A stretch of DNA of 64,000 nucleotides from Parcubacteria group bacterium LiPW_41 (GCA_007375535.1 VMEM01000003.1:32811-96810), one strand, 5' to 3'. Positions 9,827-20,438 are shown, numbered from the stretch's first letter. The notes: generated by a model from the sequence alone, not told the origin. Numbers and translations: made by a program.

Positions 9827-10237
9827 TTAGAAGTTTTGAGGGAATCTTTTATAGGTTGTTTTTTTTGAATTCCAACCCTCTGGATATTTGCTCTTTGGTT
9901 TTTCTTTTGCATCAACCTCAGGTTCTTCAATCTCATTTTTTTCGGGTTTTTCACCCTTAAGATCATTGATTTGAGATTGCAGATCTGTTATTGCGTCTGC
10001 ATCTTTTTCTTGGCGTTCTTCAACACCGGTTATTCTTTCTTCATGATTTTTTAAGGTTTTATCAACCTTCTTTTTCCACTGAGTGTGAGAATTTTTTGAA
10101 ACTGTTTCAATTTTTTTATTCTCGACTTCCTTGGAAGAAGGGGAGAAGATATTAGTGAGGCAGTACAATCCGAAAACGAAAAGCGCTAGAACCAAAATAA
10201 CGCCAGCAACAACTTGAAGAATTTGTCTTCCAGTCAT
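9827..10237 (-). CDS. Hypothetical membrane-anchored coiled-coil protein
   Basis: N-terminal TM helix, charged coiled coil; AAGGAG SD; TTGACA-17-TACAAT promoter at 10274-10302. Confidence 0.7.
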   Translation of the reverse strand: MTGRQILQVVAGVILVLALFVFGLYCLTNIFSPSSKEVENKKIETVSKNSHTQWKKKVDKTLKNHEERITGVEERQEKDADAITDLQSQINDLKGEKPEKNEIEEPEVDAKEKPKSKYPEGWNSKKTTYKRFPQNF

Positions 10238-10344
10238 AATGAGCTCCTTTATATATTTGTTTAAGATGAAAACATTGTATTATATATTGGTGATTTTGTC
10301 AACCACATGGAGAAATGTATAAACCTTGACAAATACGTCTAATA

Positions 10345-10373
10345 TTGACTTTTTCTCACTTTTGCGGTACAAT
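10345..10373 (+). promoter_or_regulatory. Sigma70-type promoter for ORF 10413
   Basis: TTGACT-17 nt-TACAAT; AGGAG SD at about 10400. Confidence 0.75.
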
Positions 10374-10412
10374 TCAACCATTCTTTAATAACATAAAAAA
10401 GGAGAAAAAAAT

Positions 10413-12422
10413 ATGAAAAAGATAATCTTTTTCTTTTTATTTGCTGTAATGTTTTCAACCTTGGGTTTTGCCCAGGTGAGCAATGTTTTCAGAGATTACA
10501 ATTCTGTAAAAGGGGAAAAAATTGAAGTTTCTTGGATTACACCAAAGCTCGACGATATGTCTGAAATTCGTATATATGATGGAAAGATTTCATCTGTTGC
10601 GGATTTGAAAATGGCAAAACGAATAGAAACAGTTTTACCCATTCCAGGAGAGAGGCAATCAGTCTATTCTTCTAAGTTTGGTGATATAACAGTTGTTGTA
10701 ATTGGAACTTTTGGGGAAATTAAATCAATTAATATAATTTCTTCATCCTTATGCGAAACCTTTTATGTTGCGCCGTTAAATAGTGCATCTCTCAAAAAGG
10801 AAACTTCAGTTCAATCTATTTCTGGTGTCGATTTACCTGTTTTAGTTGGGTATGAAAACTTAACTGAAAAAGGAGTTGAACTCAGTGATATCGCACAAGA
10901 AGGAAAGTCGTTCAAATTCTTTATGAATACGACGACTCTTGCAGGTAATCGATATATGAAGCTGGCCGCACCGCTTGGTCGGGATATAACATTCCCTAAA
11001 GGGTCAAAAATTAGTGGAAATATGATGGTTCCTGCACCTCTTGGTGATGTTCAGTTATCGGTTACCCTTAAAAAAGCTGGTGTTGTCATTATGAACTCAG
11101 CACTCTACCAAATTTCGAAAGGTGATTGGAGAAGACAAAGTTTCCAATTCCCTGAGATTGATGGTGTGTTTGATGAGGTACAGTTAAATTTTTCTTATCT
11201 TCAGAATGAGTCAGGTCTTCGAAATTTGTTCCTTGATGGCGTTTACGTTGTTACTGGAACTACCGAAGTATTAATTGATGATTGTAATGGAACTGGATCC
11301 TCAGTTACAAAGCCCGGCGTGACGACATTAGGAAATCCATTAAATGGGATGACTGGTGTGAGTATCACACCAACATTTACTTACAATCAAACAATAAATA
11401 CAACACAGTACCAACTTCAAGTTTTAACGAAGAATGGAACTGTTGTATATGATCAAAAAAATGCTGCAGTAACTACTACACTAACTACTCCGCTTGCATA
11501 CAACACACAATATGATTGGCGTGTAAAATGCTGGAACGGAAGCACACCAAGTGATAATTGGAGTGCAACATTTAGTTTTACAACAATTACTCAGGTAGTT
11601 TCCGTGCCAGTATTCACCATTGCAAGTCGTGATGATTCTCAAAATTTCATCACGCTCAATTGGAGTGGTGGAGAAGTTGAATTTCAATTGATGAATATGG
11701 GTGGAACAGTTTTACAAAATCCATCTTCTTCAGTATCACCATTTGTATTCTCTAGTTTGGCTGACGGAGATTATCAACTAAGAGGAAGGTTCAAGAATCC
11801 TCAGAGTGATTGGAGTCAGACAATTTTGTTTAAGGTAAGAACACAGGTTGTTGTCATTCTTCCAACTATTCAAACCCCAACAAACAACAGTACCGGAAAT
11901 CCAGTTTTAACTGTTGTTTCTTTTACTGGAAATGCTCAGAGTTATGAAATTATGGTTGCAAGAAATTCAGAATTCACCAATGATCCTCGGACACATACAA
12001 CTACAACAAGTCCATTTTCGATCCCGGGCCTTGCTCCATCAACGACATATTATCTGAAGATGAGAGCAAAAATTGGAAATACATATTCTGCATATACTGC
12101 AACAATAAATTTCATGACGATCGGAACTACTGGAGTGGATGAAAATAATTCTTTGCCGACAAAATTTAATTTGTTGCAGAATTATCCAAATCCATTCAAT
12201 CCAAGTACACTTATTCAATTCTCCTTGCCTGCTTCTTCTTTAGTAAAAATATCAATATTTGATGTTGCTGGTAGGGAAGTGAAGCAGTTAATAAATCAGG
12301 AATTTTCTGGCGGTACTCACTCCGTACGTTTTGATGGAGTAGGAATGGCGTCTGGAATGTATATTTATGCTGTCCAGACAAGATTCGGGTTACTTTCAAA
12401 GAAAATGACCCTGGTAAAATAG
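10413..12422 (+). CDS. Secreted FN3-like repeat protein with a C-terminal T9SS type A (Por) sorting domain
   Basis: Signal peptide; FN3-like segments (YDWRVKCWN, LAPSTTYYLKMRA); C-terminus LPTKFNLLQNYPNPFNPST..IFDVAGREV..ASGMYIY..KKMTLVK. Confidence 0.85.
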   Translation: MKKIIFFFLFAVMFSTLGFAQVSNVFRDYNSVKGEKIEVSWITPKLDDMSEIRIYDGKISSVADLKMAKRIETVLPIPGERQSVYSSKFGDITVVVIGTFGEIKSINIISSSLCETFYVAPLNSASLKKETSVQSISGVDLPVLVGYENLTEKGVELSDIAQEGKSFKFFMNTTTLAGNRYMKLAAPLGRDITFPKGSKISGNMMVPAPLGDVQLSVTLKKAGVVIMNSALYQISKGDWRRQSFQFPEIDGVFDEVQLNFSYLQNESGLRNLFLDGVYVVTGTTEVLIDDCNGTGSSVTKPGVTTLGNPLNGMTGVSITPTFTYNQTINTTQYQLQVLTKNGTVVYDQKNAAVTTTLTTPLAYNTQYDWRVKCWNGSTPSDNWSATFSFTTITQVVSVPVFTIASRDDSQNFITLNWSGGEVEFQLMNMGGTVLQNPSSSVSPFVFSSLADGDYQLRGRFKNPQSDWSQTILFKVRTQVVVILPTIQTPTNNSTGNPVLTVVSFTGNAQSYEIMVARNSEFTNDPRTHTTTTSPFSIPGLAPSTTYYLKMRAKIGNTYSAYTATINFMTIGTTGVDENNSLPTKFNLLQNYPNPFNPSTLIQFSLPASSLVKISIFDVAGREVKQLINQEFSGGTHSVRFDGVGMASGMYIYAVQTRFGLLSKKMTLVK

Positions 12423-12427
12423 ATACA

Positions 12428-12452
12428 ACCGCCCCAATGGGGCGGTCTTTTT
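12428..12452 (+). terminator. Intrinsic terminator
   Basis: ACCGCCCCA-a-TGGGGCGGT followed by CTTTTT. Confidence 0.75.
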
Positions 12453-12493
12453 ATACTTGACTTTTTTCTATTTATAGTATACAATATTGACAC

Positions 12494-14857
12494 ATGAAAA
12501 AATATTCAGTACTAGCATTTTTGGTCGGAATATTAGCACTTGTGCCAGTAACCTATGCGGCACCAGTGTCTCTTTCTGCGTCTGCAACGGGGCAGAACTC
12601 AGTATCTCTTTCTTGGACTACTGATGTTGATATTACTTCACACCAGGTATTTTATTCTACGAGCGCATTAAACGATTCAAACGTTTTATCCGCACAATCG
12701 TATAGTTCAATGCCACCATCAGCACCAAACGCTTCACAGTCAGTGACAATTTCTGGACTTACTGCAGGAACGACATATTACTTTGCATATCGTTTTGTTG
12801 ATACTATAGGAAATTCTTTTGTTTCTTATTCATCTGCACAAACTCAGCAAGCTTCTGGTGGTGGAGGAGGAAATGGGGGAGGAGGTGGAAGTGGAACGCC
12901 AGCACCAACACCTGTTGCAAACTTTTCTGCAACACCAGGATCAACATATGTTGATTTAAGTTGGGATACTCCTGTATCAACAGTGCTTTCTCAGTTTGAA
13001 GTTCACTATAGTACAAATCAAATGGTGGGAACTACATTCTCATCAAACTTTTCTCCAGCGGGAGTTCCATTACCGATATCGGGAACAAGACAAAGTGTTC
13101 GTGTTGATGGACTTACTGCAGGAACCACTTATTACTTTGGTATTCGCACTATAAACGTTGTTGGTGAAGCGTCTTCAATTAGTTATAGTTCAACACAAAC
13201 AACTGGAGGACAAAATGGTGGTGGAGGAACTACAATTCCTGATCCGATTGCTGTAACAAATATTACTGCGGTAAGATTTGGAACTTCTGCAACACTTGCA
13301 TGGGATACTCCAAATGTGACCATGCTTTCTCAGTTTGAAGTAAAGGGAAGCACAAGTGAAATAAATTCTACAAATATTTCTTCACTTTCAGTGATTTCTG
13401 GTGCCCCACTTCCAATCCCTGGAACACGACAATCGTTTGTTGTTTCAAATATTCCTGCAACCGGTGCATATTATTTTTCGATTCGTACTGTTAACACCGT
13501 TGGAAGGTTTTCTCCAATCACTACCGTTAATATACTTGATGATATAAATGGAGTTCGTCCAGTTTCAAATCTTACTGGAAATGGAGGAAATGCCTTTATT
13601 GACCTTGGATGGGATACTCCAACATCAACAAATTCTTCAATGTTTGATATTCGTTGTTCTTCTTCAGAACTTAATGCATCAAACTTTACTTCTGGAGCTA
13701 TTGTAAGTGGTGCGCCACTTCCAATTCCTGGAACTAAACAAGGAGTTCGCGTTCCAAGTCTTACTAATGGAACTAAATATTGGTGTGGAGTTCGCGTTCA
13801 AAATACCATTGGTGAATATTCTTCTATTGTATTTGTATCGGCAACACCTTCATCAGGTGGTGGAGGAGGCGGAGGTGGTGGCGGTGGAGGCGGGGGCGGA
13901 GGAGGGGGAACCCCGACAACGATTGGTTCGCCATCAATTGTTATTAATGATGGTGCAATAAAGACTGATCGAACACTTGTTACTCTCACTCTTTCAGCAA
14001 CAAATGCGAACGAAATGATGATTTCGAATAATGAAGATTTTCGTGATGCAAAGTGGGAGCCATACACAACAAAAACACAGTGGGTATTACCATGGGGAAA
14101 CGGTGGAAAAATTGTATATGCGAAATTTAGAAATTCATATACTGTTTCTGCAGGACCGGTATCTGATTCGATTATTTTAGAAATCGGAACGGTTACGCCA
14201 CCAGTTGTTCCGCCGGTAATTATCATTGAGCCAGTTGCTCCAGTGATTCCAGTTGGAAACCGACCATATACAACAATTATTTCTATTTCACCAAGTGAAA
14301 TATATATTCCAAGCGAAGACAAGGTTGTTGTTGTACTTACTGCTCATCCAGGTGAATCACCAAAATATGGAGCACATCTTGAGTTAGATTATCCAACCGA
14401 TATATTGACCGTTGATACTGTTGATTATGGTGATGGATGGGTGCCTGAATATGAGCCAGCATATAACTATGACAATGCTATTTCAGGAAGACTCATTAAA
14501 ACTGCAGGACATGGTTCATTTAACGAACCAATACATTTTGCAACAATAACATTTACTGTGAAGAAGTCGGGAGTGGGAATGTTTGATACAAACTCATTCA
14601 GTGCACTTCGAGAATTACCTGAATATAAAACTGGTACATATCTCACTCAAGCAAACTCATCTGTTATTGATTCAAATGTAGGGAAGACACGTCTTATGTT
14701 TGCAAATCTTGTTTCTCTTACGACTCAAGATAATACTATTGCAGTCTTAAGTGCATTCATATTCTTGTTCCTCTGTTACGTTGCATACGTTATTTCAATG
14801 CATCGCACTGGACGAAGAGAATTTGTATTGCCACTTCCACTTAAGAAACAAAAATAA
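12494..14857 (+). CDS. Large surface protein: four FN3 repeats, Gly-rich linkers, cohesin-like domain, C-terminal membrane anchor
   Basis: Repeated L.WDTP...PLPIPGTRQS..GLTAGTTYYF units; poly-Gly; C-terminal TM helix with basic tail; TTGACT-17-TACAAT promoter 8 nt before ATG. Confidence 0.85.
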   Translation: MKKYSVLAFLVGILALVPVTYAAPVSLSASATGQNSVSLSWTTDVDITSHQVFYSTSALNDSNVLSAQSYSSMPPSAPNASQSVTISGLTAGTTYYFAYRFVDTIGNSFVSYSSAQTQQASGGGGGNGGGGGSGTPAPTPVANFSATPGSTYVDLSWDTPVSTVLSQFEVHYSTNQMVGTTFSSNFSPAGVPLPISGTRQSVRVDGLTAGTTYYFGIRTINVVGEASSISYSSTQTTGGQNGGGGTTIPDPIAVTNITAVRFGTSATLAWDTPNVTMLSQFEVKGSTSEINSTNISSLSVISGAPLPIPGTRQSFVVSNIPATGAYYFSIRTVNTVGRFSPITTVNILDDINGVRPVSNLTGNGGNAFIDLGWDTPTSTNSSMFDIRCSSSELNASNFTSGAIVSGAPLPIPGTKQGVRVPSLTNGTKYWCGVRVQNTIGEYSSIVFVSATPSSGGGGGGGGGGGGGGGGGGTPTTIGSPSIVINDGAIKTDRTLVTLTLSATNANEMMISNNEDFRDAKWEPYTTKTQWVLPWGNGGKIVYAKFRNSYTVSAGPVSDSIILEIGTVTPPVVPPVIIIEPVAPVIPVGNRPYTTIISISPSEIYIPSEDKVVVVLTAHPGESPKYGAHLELDYPTDILTVDTVDYGDGWVPEYEPAYNYDNAISGRLIKTAGHGSFNEPIHFATITFTVKKSGVGMFDTNSFSALRELPEYKTGTYLTQANSSVIDSNVGKTRLMFANLVSLTTQDNTIAVLSAFIFLFLCYVAYVISMHRTGRREFVLPLPLKKQK
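13856..13909 (+). repeat. GGN codon run encoding a poly-Gly linker (about 18 Gly)
   Basis: ggtggtggaggaggcggaggtggtggcggtggaggcgggggcggaggaggggga. Confidence 0.9.
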
Positions 14858-14884
14858 AAATTGTTGAGCGGCGCAGTCCGTAAC

Positions 14885-14920
14885 AATCCCGCACCTTTTA
14901 CAAAAGGGTGCGGGATTTTG
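14885..14920 (+). terminator. Long hairpin (terminator or REP-like) between the island and uvrA
   Basis: AATCCCGCACCTTTT-aca-AAAGGGTGCGGGATT then TT. Confidence 0.65.
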
Positions 14921-14988
14921 ACTTGTGTTAAACAAACACGTATTCTTCTTATATAAACCCCCTGATTTTTGGAAGTGGGGGGATTTCA

Positions 14989-17520
14989 ATGTATATGAAT
15001 GACAAAATTATTATAAAAGGTGCTCGAGAGCACAATCTAAAAAATATAAATCTAGAAATACCACGAAACAAATTAGTGGTATTTACTGGGCTTTCTGGAT
15101 CAGGAAAATCTTCACTTGCGTTTGATACTATTTTTGCTGAGGGACAACGAAGATATATTGAGTCACTTTCTGCATATGCGCGTCAGTTTTTGGGAAAGCT
15201 TGATAAGCCAGATGTTGATGAAATTGAAGGATTGTCTCCAGCAATTTCTATTGACCAAAAGAGTCACTCAGCAAATCCACGATCTACAGTTGCAACAATA
15301 ACGGAGATTTATGATTATCTTCGCGTCTTATTTGCTCGTGCGGGAAAACCACATTGTCCGAAATGTGGACATTTGATTGTGAGAAGAACAATTGAAGAAA
15401 TTGTTGATGCAACGATTCTTATAGCAAAAGAAAATAAGAGTGACAAAAATATTGTACTCCTTGCACCAGTGGTGAGGGGGAGAAAGGGAGAGTATTATCA
15501 AATGCTTTATGATTTTTTGAATATTGGATTTAGTGAGGTTCGTGTTGATGGAAAATATTATTCTTTGCGAGACAAGATTGAATTGTCACGATACAAACAA
15601 CACACTATTGATTTAGTCATCGATAGAATTCCAGCGCGCACTGATTTCAAGCAAAAAGATAACCGTTTGAGACTTTCTGAGGCGATTGAGTCAGCACTTA
15701 AACATGGAGGAGATACAGTAACCATTGTCACTGATAAGGAGACACCATTATCAGCACAATTTACCTGTCCGAATGATGGATTTTCATTTCCTGAAATTGA
15801 ACCACGACTTTTCTCATTTAACAGCCCATTTGGTGCCTGTGAAGCATGTAATGGACTTGGTACTGAGAGTATTTGGTCAGACAAGCCATGTCCGCAGTGT
15901 GCGGGGAAACGATTAAAAGAAGAGGCACTTTCGGTACTCATTGCTGATAAGAATATTGCAACAGTAGTTGGATATTCAGTTGAGCAGGCGATGGCGTTTT
16001 TTGAAAAAGTTGAGAAGACAAAAAATGAGAGATTTAAGGGAATTGCGGAAGTCCCACTTCGAGAAATAAAAAATCGTCTCAGGTTTTTATATGATGTAGG
16101 ACTCGAATATTTAACTTTGGATCGAAGAGCGGGTACTCTTTCTGGGGGAGAGGCACAACGAATTCGTTTGGCTTCACAAATTGGCTCTCGACTTGTTGGA
16201 GCGCTTTATGTGCTTGATGAACCAACCATTGGTTTGCATCAGCGCGATAATGATAAATTAATTCATACATTGAAAGAACTTCGTGATCTTGGAAATACTG
16301 TGCTTGTTGTTGAGCACGACGAAGAAACAATTCGTGAGGCAGACTATCTAGTTGATATTGGTCCTGGTGCGGGAGTGCATGGAGGATACATTATTGCGCA
16401 AGGAGAGATGCCAAAATTATTAAAAGACACAACACAGAAATCTCTTACATTAGATTTTTTGCGTGGAAAAGAATTTATTGAAGTTCCTAAAGAACGAAGA
16501 CGAGTAACAAAAGATCATGATTGCATAAAAATTAAAGGCGCAACAGAAAACAATTTAAAAAACATTGACGTACAGATTCCGCTTAGACGATTTACTGCAA
16601 TTACCGGCGTTTCTGGTTCTGGAAAATCAACACTTCTTTATGATGTGTTATATAAAGTTCTTGCAAATCGTTTTAATGGAGCTAATTTTCGACTTCATGG
16701 ATACAATCAAATTACTGGACTTGAATATATCAATCGCGTGATAAACATCGATCAGTCTCCGATTGGACGAACGCCGCGATCAAATCCTGCAACATATGTT
16801 GGTGCGTGGACGTATATCCGTGATTTATTTACCGCGACAGAAGATGCGCGTGTGAGAGGATACAAACCGGGTCGGTTTAGTTTTAATGTAAAAGGAGGGA
16901 GGTGCGAAAATTGTGAGGGACATGGACTTATTGCAATTGAGATGCACTTTTTACCAACGGTATATGTTACGTGTGATATATGTAAGGGAAAGCGATTTGA
17001 TAGAGAAACACTTGAAGTAAAATACCAAGGAAAAAACATTCACGAAGTACTTACAATGACAATTGAGGAGGCTGAAAAGTTTTTCCAAGACATTCCATGG
17101 CTTCACGACCGTTTGAAAATCCTTAACGAGGTTGGATTGGGATATCTACAACTTGGACAATCAGCAACAACACTTTCTGGGGGAGAGGCACAGCGAATAA
17201 AACTTTCAGCAGAGTTGGGGAAGAGAGATACGCAAAAAACTATTTATCTTCTTGATGAACCGACAACAGGACTTCATTTCGCTGATATTCAAAAATTGTT
17301 GGAAGTTCTCCAACGACTTGTAGCAAAAGGGAATACTATTGTGGTTATTGAACATAATTTAGATGTAATAAAATCAGCCGATTGGGTAATTGATTTGGGA
17401 CCTGAAGGGGGAGTAAAAGGAGGAGAGGTGGTGGTTGCGGGGACGCCAGAAGATGTTGCACGAAAGGGATTTAGTTTCACTGGGCAATATTTGAAAAAAG
17501 TATTAAATCCAAAGAAGTAA
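14989..17520 (+). CDS. uvrA: Excinuclease ABC subunit A (short form)
   Basis: [18 protein letters not shown], two LSGGEAQRI signatures, zinc fingers; 843 aa. Confidence 0.98.
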   Translation: MYMNDKIIIKGAREHNLKNINLEIPRNKLVVFTGLSGSGKSSLAFDTIFAEGQRRYIESLSAYARQFLGKLDKPDVDEIEGLSPAISIDQKSHSANPRSTVATITEIYDYLRVLFARAGKPHCPKCGHLIVRRTIEEIVDATILIAKENKSDKNIVLLAPVVRGRKGEYYQMLYDFLNIGFSEVRVDGKYYSLRDKIELSRYKQHTIDLVIDRIPARTDFKQKDNRLRLSEAIESALKHGGDTVTIVTDKETPLSAQFTCPNDGFSFPEIEPRLFSFNSPFGACEACNGLGTESIWSDKPCPQCAGKRLKEEALSVLIADKNIATVVGYSVEQAMAFFEKVEKTKNERFKGIAEVPLREIKNRLRFLYDVGLEYLTLDRRAGTLSGGEAQRIRLASQIGSRLVGALYVLDEPTIGLHQRDNDKLIHTLKELRDLGNTVLVVEHDEETIREADYLVDIGPGAGVHGGYIIAQGEMPKLLKDTTQKSLTLDFLRGKEFIEVPKERRRVTKDHDCIKIKGATENNLKNIDVQIPLRRFTAITGVSGSGKSTLLYDVLYKVLANRFNGANFRLHGYNQITGLEYINRVINIDQSPIGRTPRSNPATYVGAWTYIRDLFTATEDARVRGYKPGRFSFNVKGGRCENCEGHGLIAIEMHFLPTVYVTCDICKGKRFDRETLEVKYQGKNIHEVLTMTIEEAEKFFQDIPWLHDRLKILNEVGLGYLQLGQSATTLSGGEAQRIKLSAELGKRDTQKTIYLLDEPTTGLHFADIQKLLEVLQRLVAKGNTIVVIEHNLDVIKSADWVIDLGPEGGVKGGEVVVAGTPEDVARKGFSFTGQYLKKVLNPKK

Positions 17521-17542
17521 TTTGTGTTAGGATAATAATATA

Positions 17543-18412
17543 ATGGCAGCACAGAAACAGACTAAAAAAGTTGGTTTAGCTCTTGGTGGGGGTGGCGCAA
17601 AAGGCATTGCCCACATTGGTGTTATAAAGGAACTTGAGAAAGCAGGAATTGAAATTTCTTTTATTTCGGGAACTAGCATGGGCGCATTAGTTGGTGGGTT
17701 TTATGCGGCAACAAAAGATATTCAGTTTTTGGAAGATTTTTTCACCTCTATTCAAAAAGATGATATTTTTCCATCAACACACATGATGCGAAAAAAGGAT
17801 GGGGAAATGTTTAAACATAGCTTGTTGGAAAAAATAAAAGAAAAAATAAAGGGAGTAAATATTCAGGACACAAAGATTCCATTTTCTGCTATTGCAACAG
17901 ATGTTGAGGTTGGAGATGAAATTGTATTGCGCGAAGGGAATCTTCTCGATGCTATTCAAGCATCAACCGCACTTCCTTTTGTATTTCCTCCTGCGCGGAT
18001 TGATGGGCGAGTGCTGATGGATGGGGGATTTGTAAATCCAATTCCTGCAGATGTAGTTCGAAATATGGGAGCGGAATGTGTGATAGCCGTCGATGTTTCA
18101 AGTAAGTGGATTAATCTTGAAAAGGAGTCATTAAACCCAATAAAGGTATATTCAATGCTTCCTCATGCATTGTCTATTGTTGAATACCAACTCGCACGCA
18201 CTATTTTAAAAAACGCTGATGTAGTGCTTAATCCATCAGTACTTGAATATCATTGGAATGATTTTGAATTTGGAAAAGAAATTTTGAAACTTGGAATAAA
18301 GGAGACAAAAGAACATATGAGAGATATTTATAAAAGTGTTGGAATTATTCCACCAAAAAAGAAACCAATCGATACTTTTGCAGATCTTATTTTTTACGGA
18401 ATTGAAGAATAA
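17543..18412 (+). CDS. Patatin-like phospholipase
   Basis: GGGGAKG..HIGV, GTSMG (GxSxG), DGG. Confidence 0.92.
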   Translation: MAAQKQTKKVGLALGGGGAKGIAHIGVIKELEKAGIEISFISGTSMGALVGGFYAATKDIQFLEDFFTSIQKDDIFPSTHMMRKKDGEMFKHSLLEKIKEKIKGVNIQDTKIPFSAIATDVEVGDEIVLREGNLLDAIQASTALPFVFPPARIDGRVLMDGGFVNPIPADVVRNMGAECVIAVDVSSKWINLEKESLNPIKVYSMLPHALSIVEYQLARTILKNADVVLNPSVLEYHWNDFEFGKEILKLGIKETKEHMRDIYKSVGIIPPKKKPIDTFADLIFYGIEE

Positions 18413-18413
18413 A

Positions 18414-18437
18414 AAATCCCCACATAGGTGGGGATTT
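18414..18437. terminator. Bidirectional terminator between patatin and tdk
   Basis: AAATCCCCAC-atag-GTGGGGATTT. Confidence 0.75.
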
Positions 18438-18439
18438 CA

Positions 18440-19057
18440 TTACGCTGTTGGTGGTTTTTCTGGTAGCTCATGGTGTTTATGGCAACGCGCCTCATAACAT
18501 TCAGCTCCACCGACGAGTTCGACCGCATCAGAATATTTTGCTGGTTTTCCATCAATAATTCGTTGAGGAAGCTGTGCTTCTTCTCCGCAGATCTTACAAC
18601 ATGAAGTAAGAAGTAAAAGATCGTATGTCGTTTCAACAAGTCCTAAGAGCGATACGCTGTGTGGAAATGGCTCTCCTCTAAAATCTAACTTTAGGCCGGC
18701 AGCAATGACGTCATATCCATTATTAAGTAGGTGATCAATTACTTGATAGATATTGCACGAGAAAAATTGAACCTCATCAATTCCTACGACATCAAGTTTC
18801 CTTCCAATTTCCCATTCTCTCAATTTAATCTTTTTAAGAATTTCATATGCGTCTCCTTCAAGAATATCAATTGCTGGAAATGTGACATCTTTGGCAGTTT
18901 TTAATAATCCAGTTCCGCTTCGTGTGTCTTTTGCAGGTTTAAATGCACATACTATTTTATGTTTATATTCTCGAGAGCGAACCAAGCGGTTGATGAGTTC
19001 CTCTGTTTTCCCAGCAAACATATTACCGAGAATAAGGATAAATTTTCCTCTTTCCAT
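18440..19057 (-). CDS. tdk: Thymidine kinase
   Basis: GNMFAGKTEEL, IDEVQFF, GLKLDFRGEPF, C..C and YEARC..H zinc ligands. Confidence 0.95.
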   Translation of the reverse strand: MERGKFILILGNMFAGKTEELINRLVRSREYKHKIVCAFKPAKDTRSGTGLLKTAKDVTFPAIDILEGDAYEILKKIKLREWEIGRKLDVVGIDEVQFFSCNIYQVIDHLLNNGYDVIAAGLKLDFRGEPFPHSVSLLGLVETTYDLLLLTSCCKICGEEAQLPQRIIDGKPAKYSDAVELVGGAECYEARCHKHHELPEKPPTA

Positions 19058-19152
19058 AACGTTTCTCCTAATTTGTGAATGTTTCTACTTCTAATAAACC
19101 AAAAAAATAAAAAGCGTGCAAAGGTGACAAACTATGTGTAGAATGGCGATAT

Positions 19153-20376
19153 ATGTCTAGTGTGGCGAATAAGAAGGGCTTGTATAAAGATATATCGGAA
19201 AACCCAGGTGTCTACATTATGAAAGATACCGAGGGGGAGATTTTGTATATCGGAAAGGCTGGGAATTTAAAACGACGTGTTTCAAGTTATTTCTTGCGAC
19301 CGAACAACGTTCGTATTGAGACGATGGTGTCGCACATTCAATCAATTGAAACGAGAGAAACTGATTCAGCACTTGAAGCGCTTATTTTAGAATCTGCGCT
19401 GATTAAAAAATATCAACCACCATTTAATATTCGAGAAAAAGATGACACAAGTTTTTTGTTTGTTGTAGTAACGTGCGAACAATTTCCTCGTGTACTTCTT
19501 GTTCGCGGAAAGGATTTGGGAGCAGTGAAAGGAATACAATTTGGTCCGTATGTGTCTTCCTCAAGTATTCGTGAAGCACTTCGGATTTTACGAAAGATTT
19601 TTCAATGGAGCGTTCATGAACCAGAAAGAGTTGGCACTTACAAAAAGCCTTGCTTCGAATATGAGATTGGGTTGTGTCCAGGAACTTGTGTTGGAAGTGT
19701 AGATGGTAATGAATATAAAAAAACAATAAAAAAGTTGGTTTTGTTTTTTGAAGGAAAAAAAGACTTGATTATTGCTGAACTCGAAAAAGAAATGAAGACA
19801 GCAAGTAAACAATTAGAATTTGAACGTGCTAATAAGTTAAAAAAGCAGATTTTTGCATTAACTCATATTCGCGACACTGCTCTCATCTCTTCCGAATCAT
19901 TCGAAATTCGAAATTCGAAATTCGAAATTTCCGCAACGCGGGTTGAGGGTTATGACATTTCAAATATTTCCGGAACTTCTGCGGTGGGAAGTATGGTGGT
20001 GTTTGTAAATGGGGTACCAGCAAAAAATCAGTATAAGAAATTCAAAATAAAAACAGTTGAGGGGCCAAATGACGTGCGGATGTTGCGGGAGGTTTTAATG
20101 CGGAGATTTAAACACACCGAATGGGAATTTCCTCAATGTATTTTGATTGATGGGGGAAAGCCACAAGTAAATGAAGCAAAAGAGGTGCTAAAGGAGATCA
20201 ATATTTCAATTCCTATTGTAGGAATTGCAAAGGGGGAGAAGAGGAGAAAAAATGAGTTCATTGGAGCTATTCCTAAAGGGATAGAAGATAAAACACTTAT
20301 ATCAGTTCGTGATGAGGCGCATCGATTCGCTATTAAATATCACAAAGAGGTGAGGAAAAAAGCCACATTTTCATAG
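19153..20376 (+). CDS. uvrC: Excinuclease ABC subunit C (short, no C-terminal HhH)
   Basis: GIY-YIG (PGVY..YIGKA.NL..RV.SY), UVR domain, RVEGYDIS, LIDGGK, RDEAHRFA. Confidence 0.93.
   Translation: MSSVANKKGLYKDISENPGVYIMKDTEGEILYIGKAGNLKRRVSSYFLRPNNVRIETMVSHIQSIETRETDSALEALILESALIKKYQPPFNIREKDDTSFLFVVVTCEQFPRVLLVRGKDLGAVKGIQFGPYVSSSSIREALRILRKIFQWSVHEPERVGTYKKPCFEYEIGLCPGTCVGSVDGNEYKKTIKKLVLFFEGKKDLIIAELEKEMKTASKQLEFERANKLKKQIFALTHIRDTALISSESFEIRNSKFEISATRVEGYDISNISGTSAVGSMVVFVNGVPAKNQYKKFKIKTVEGPNDVRMLREVLMRRFKHTEWEFPQCILIDGGKPQVNEAKEVLKEINISIPIVGIAKGEKRRKNEFIGAIPKGIEDKTLISVRDEAHRFAIKYHKEVRKKATFS
19900..19927. repeat. (TTCGAAA)x4 heptamer tandem repeat inside uvrC
   Basis: Four perfect units, translated as FEIRNSKFEI. 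Confidence 0.95.
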
Positions 20377-20378
20377 TA

Positions 20379-20407
20379 TTGACTTTTTAATAAAATAGTG
20401 CTATAAT
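20379..20407 (+). promoter_or_regulatory. Sigma70-type promoter
   Basis: TTGACT-17 nt-TATAAT with TG extension. Confidence 0.75.
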
Positions 20408-20438
20408 TATCTCATTAATAACATAATAGAGGTTTGCG

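Noticed and set aside
13798-14322. Minus-strand 174-aa ORF with poly-Pro
   Set aside because: Antisense shadow of the poly-Gly linker in the 12494-14857 gene
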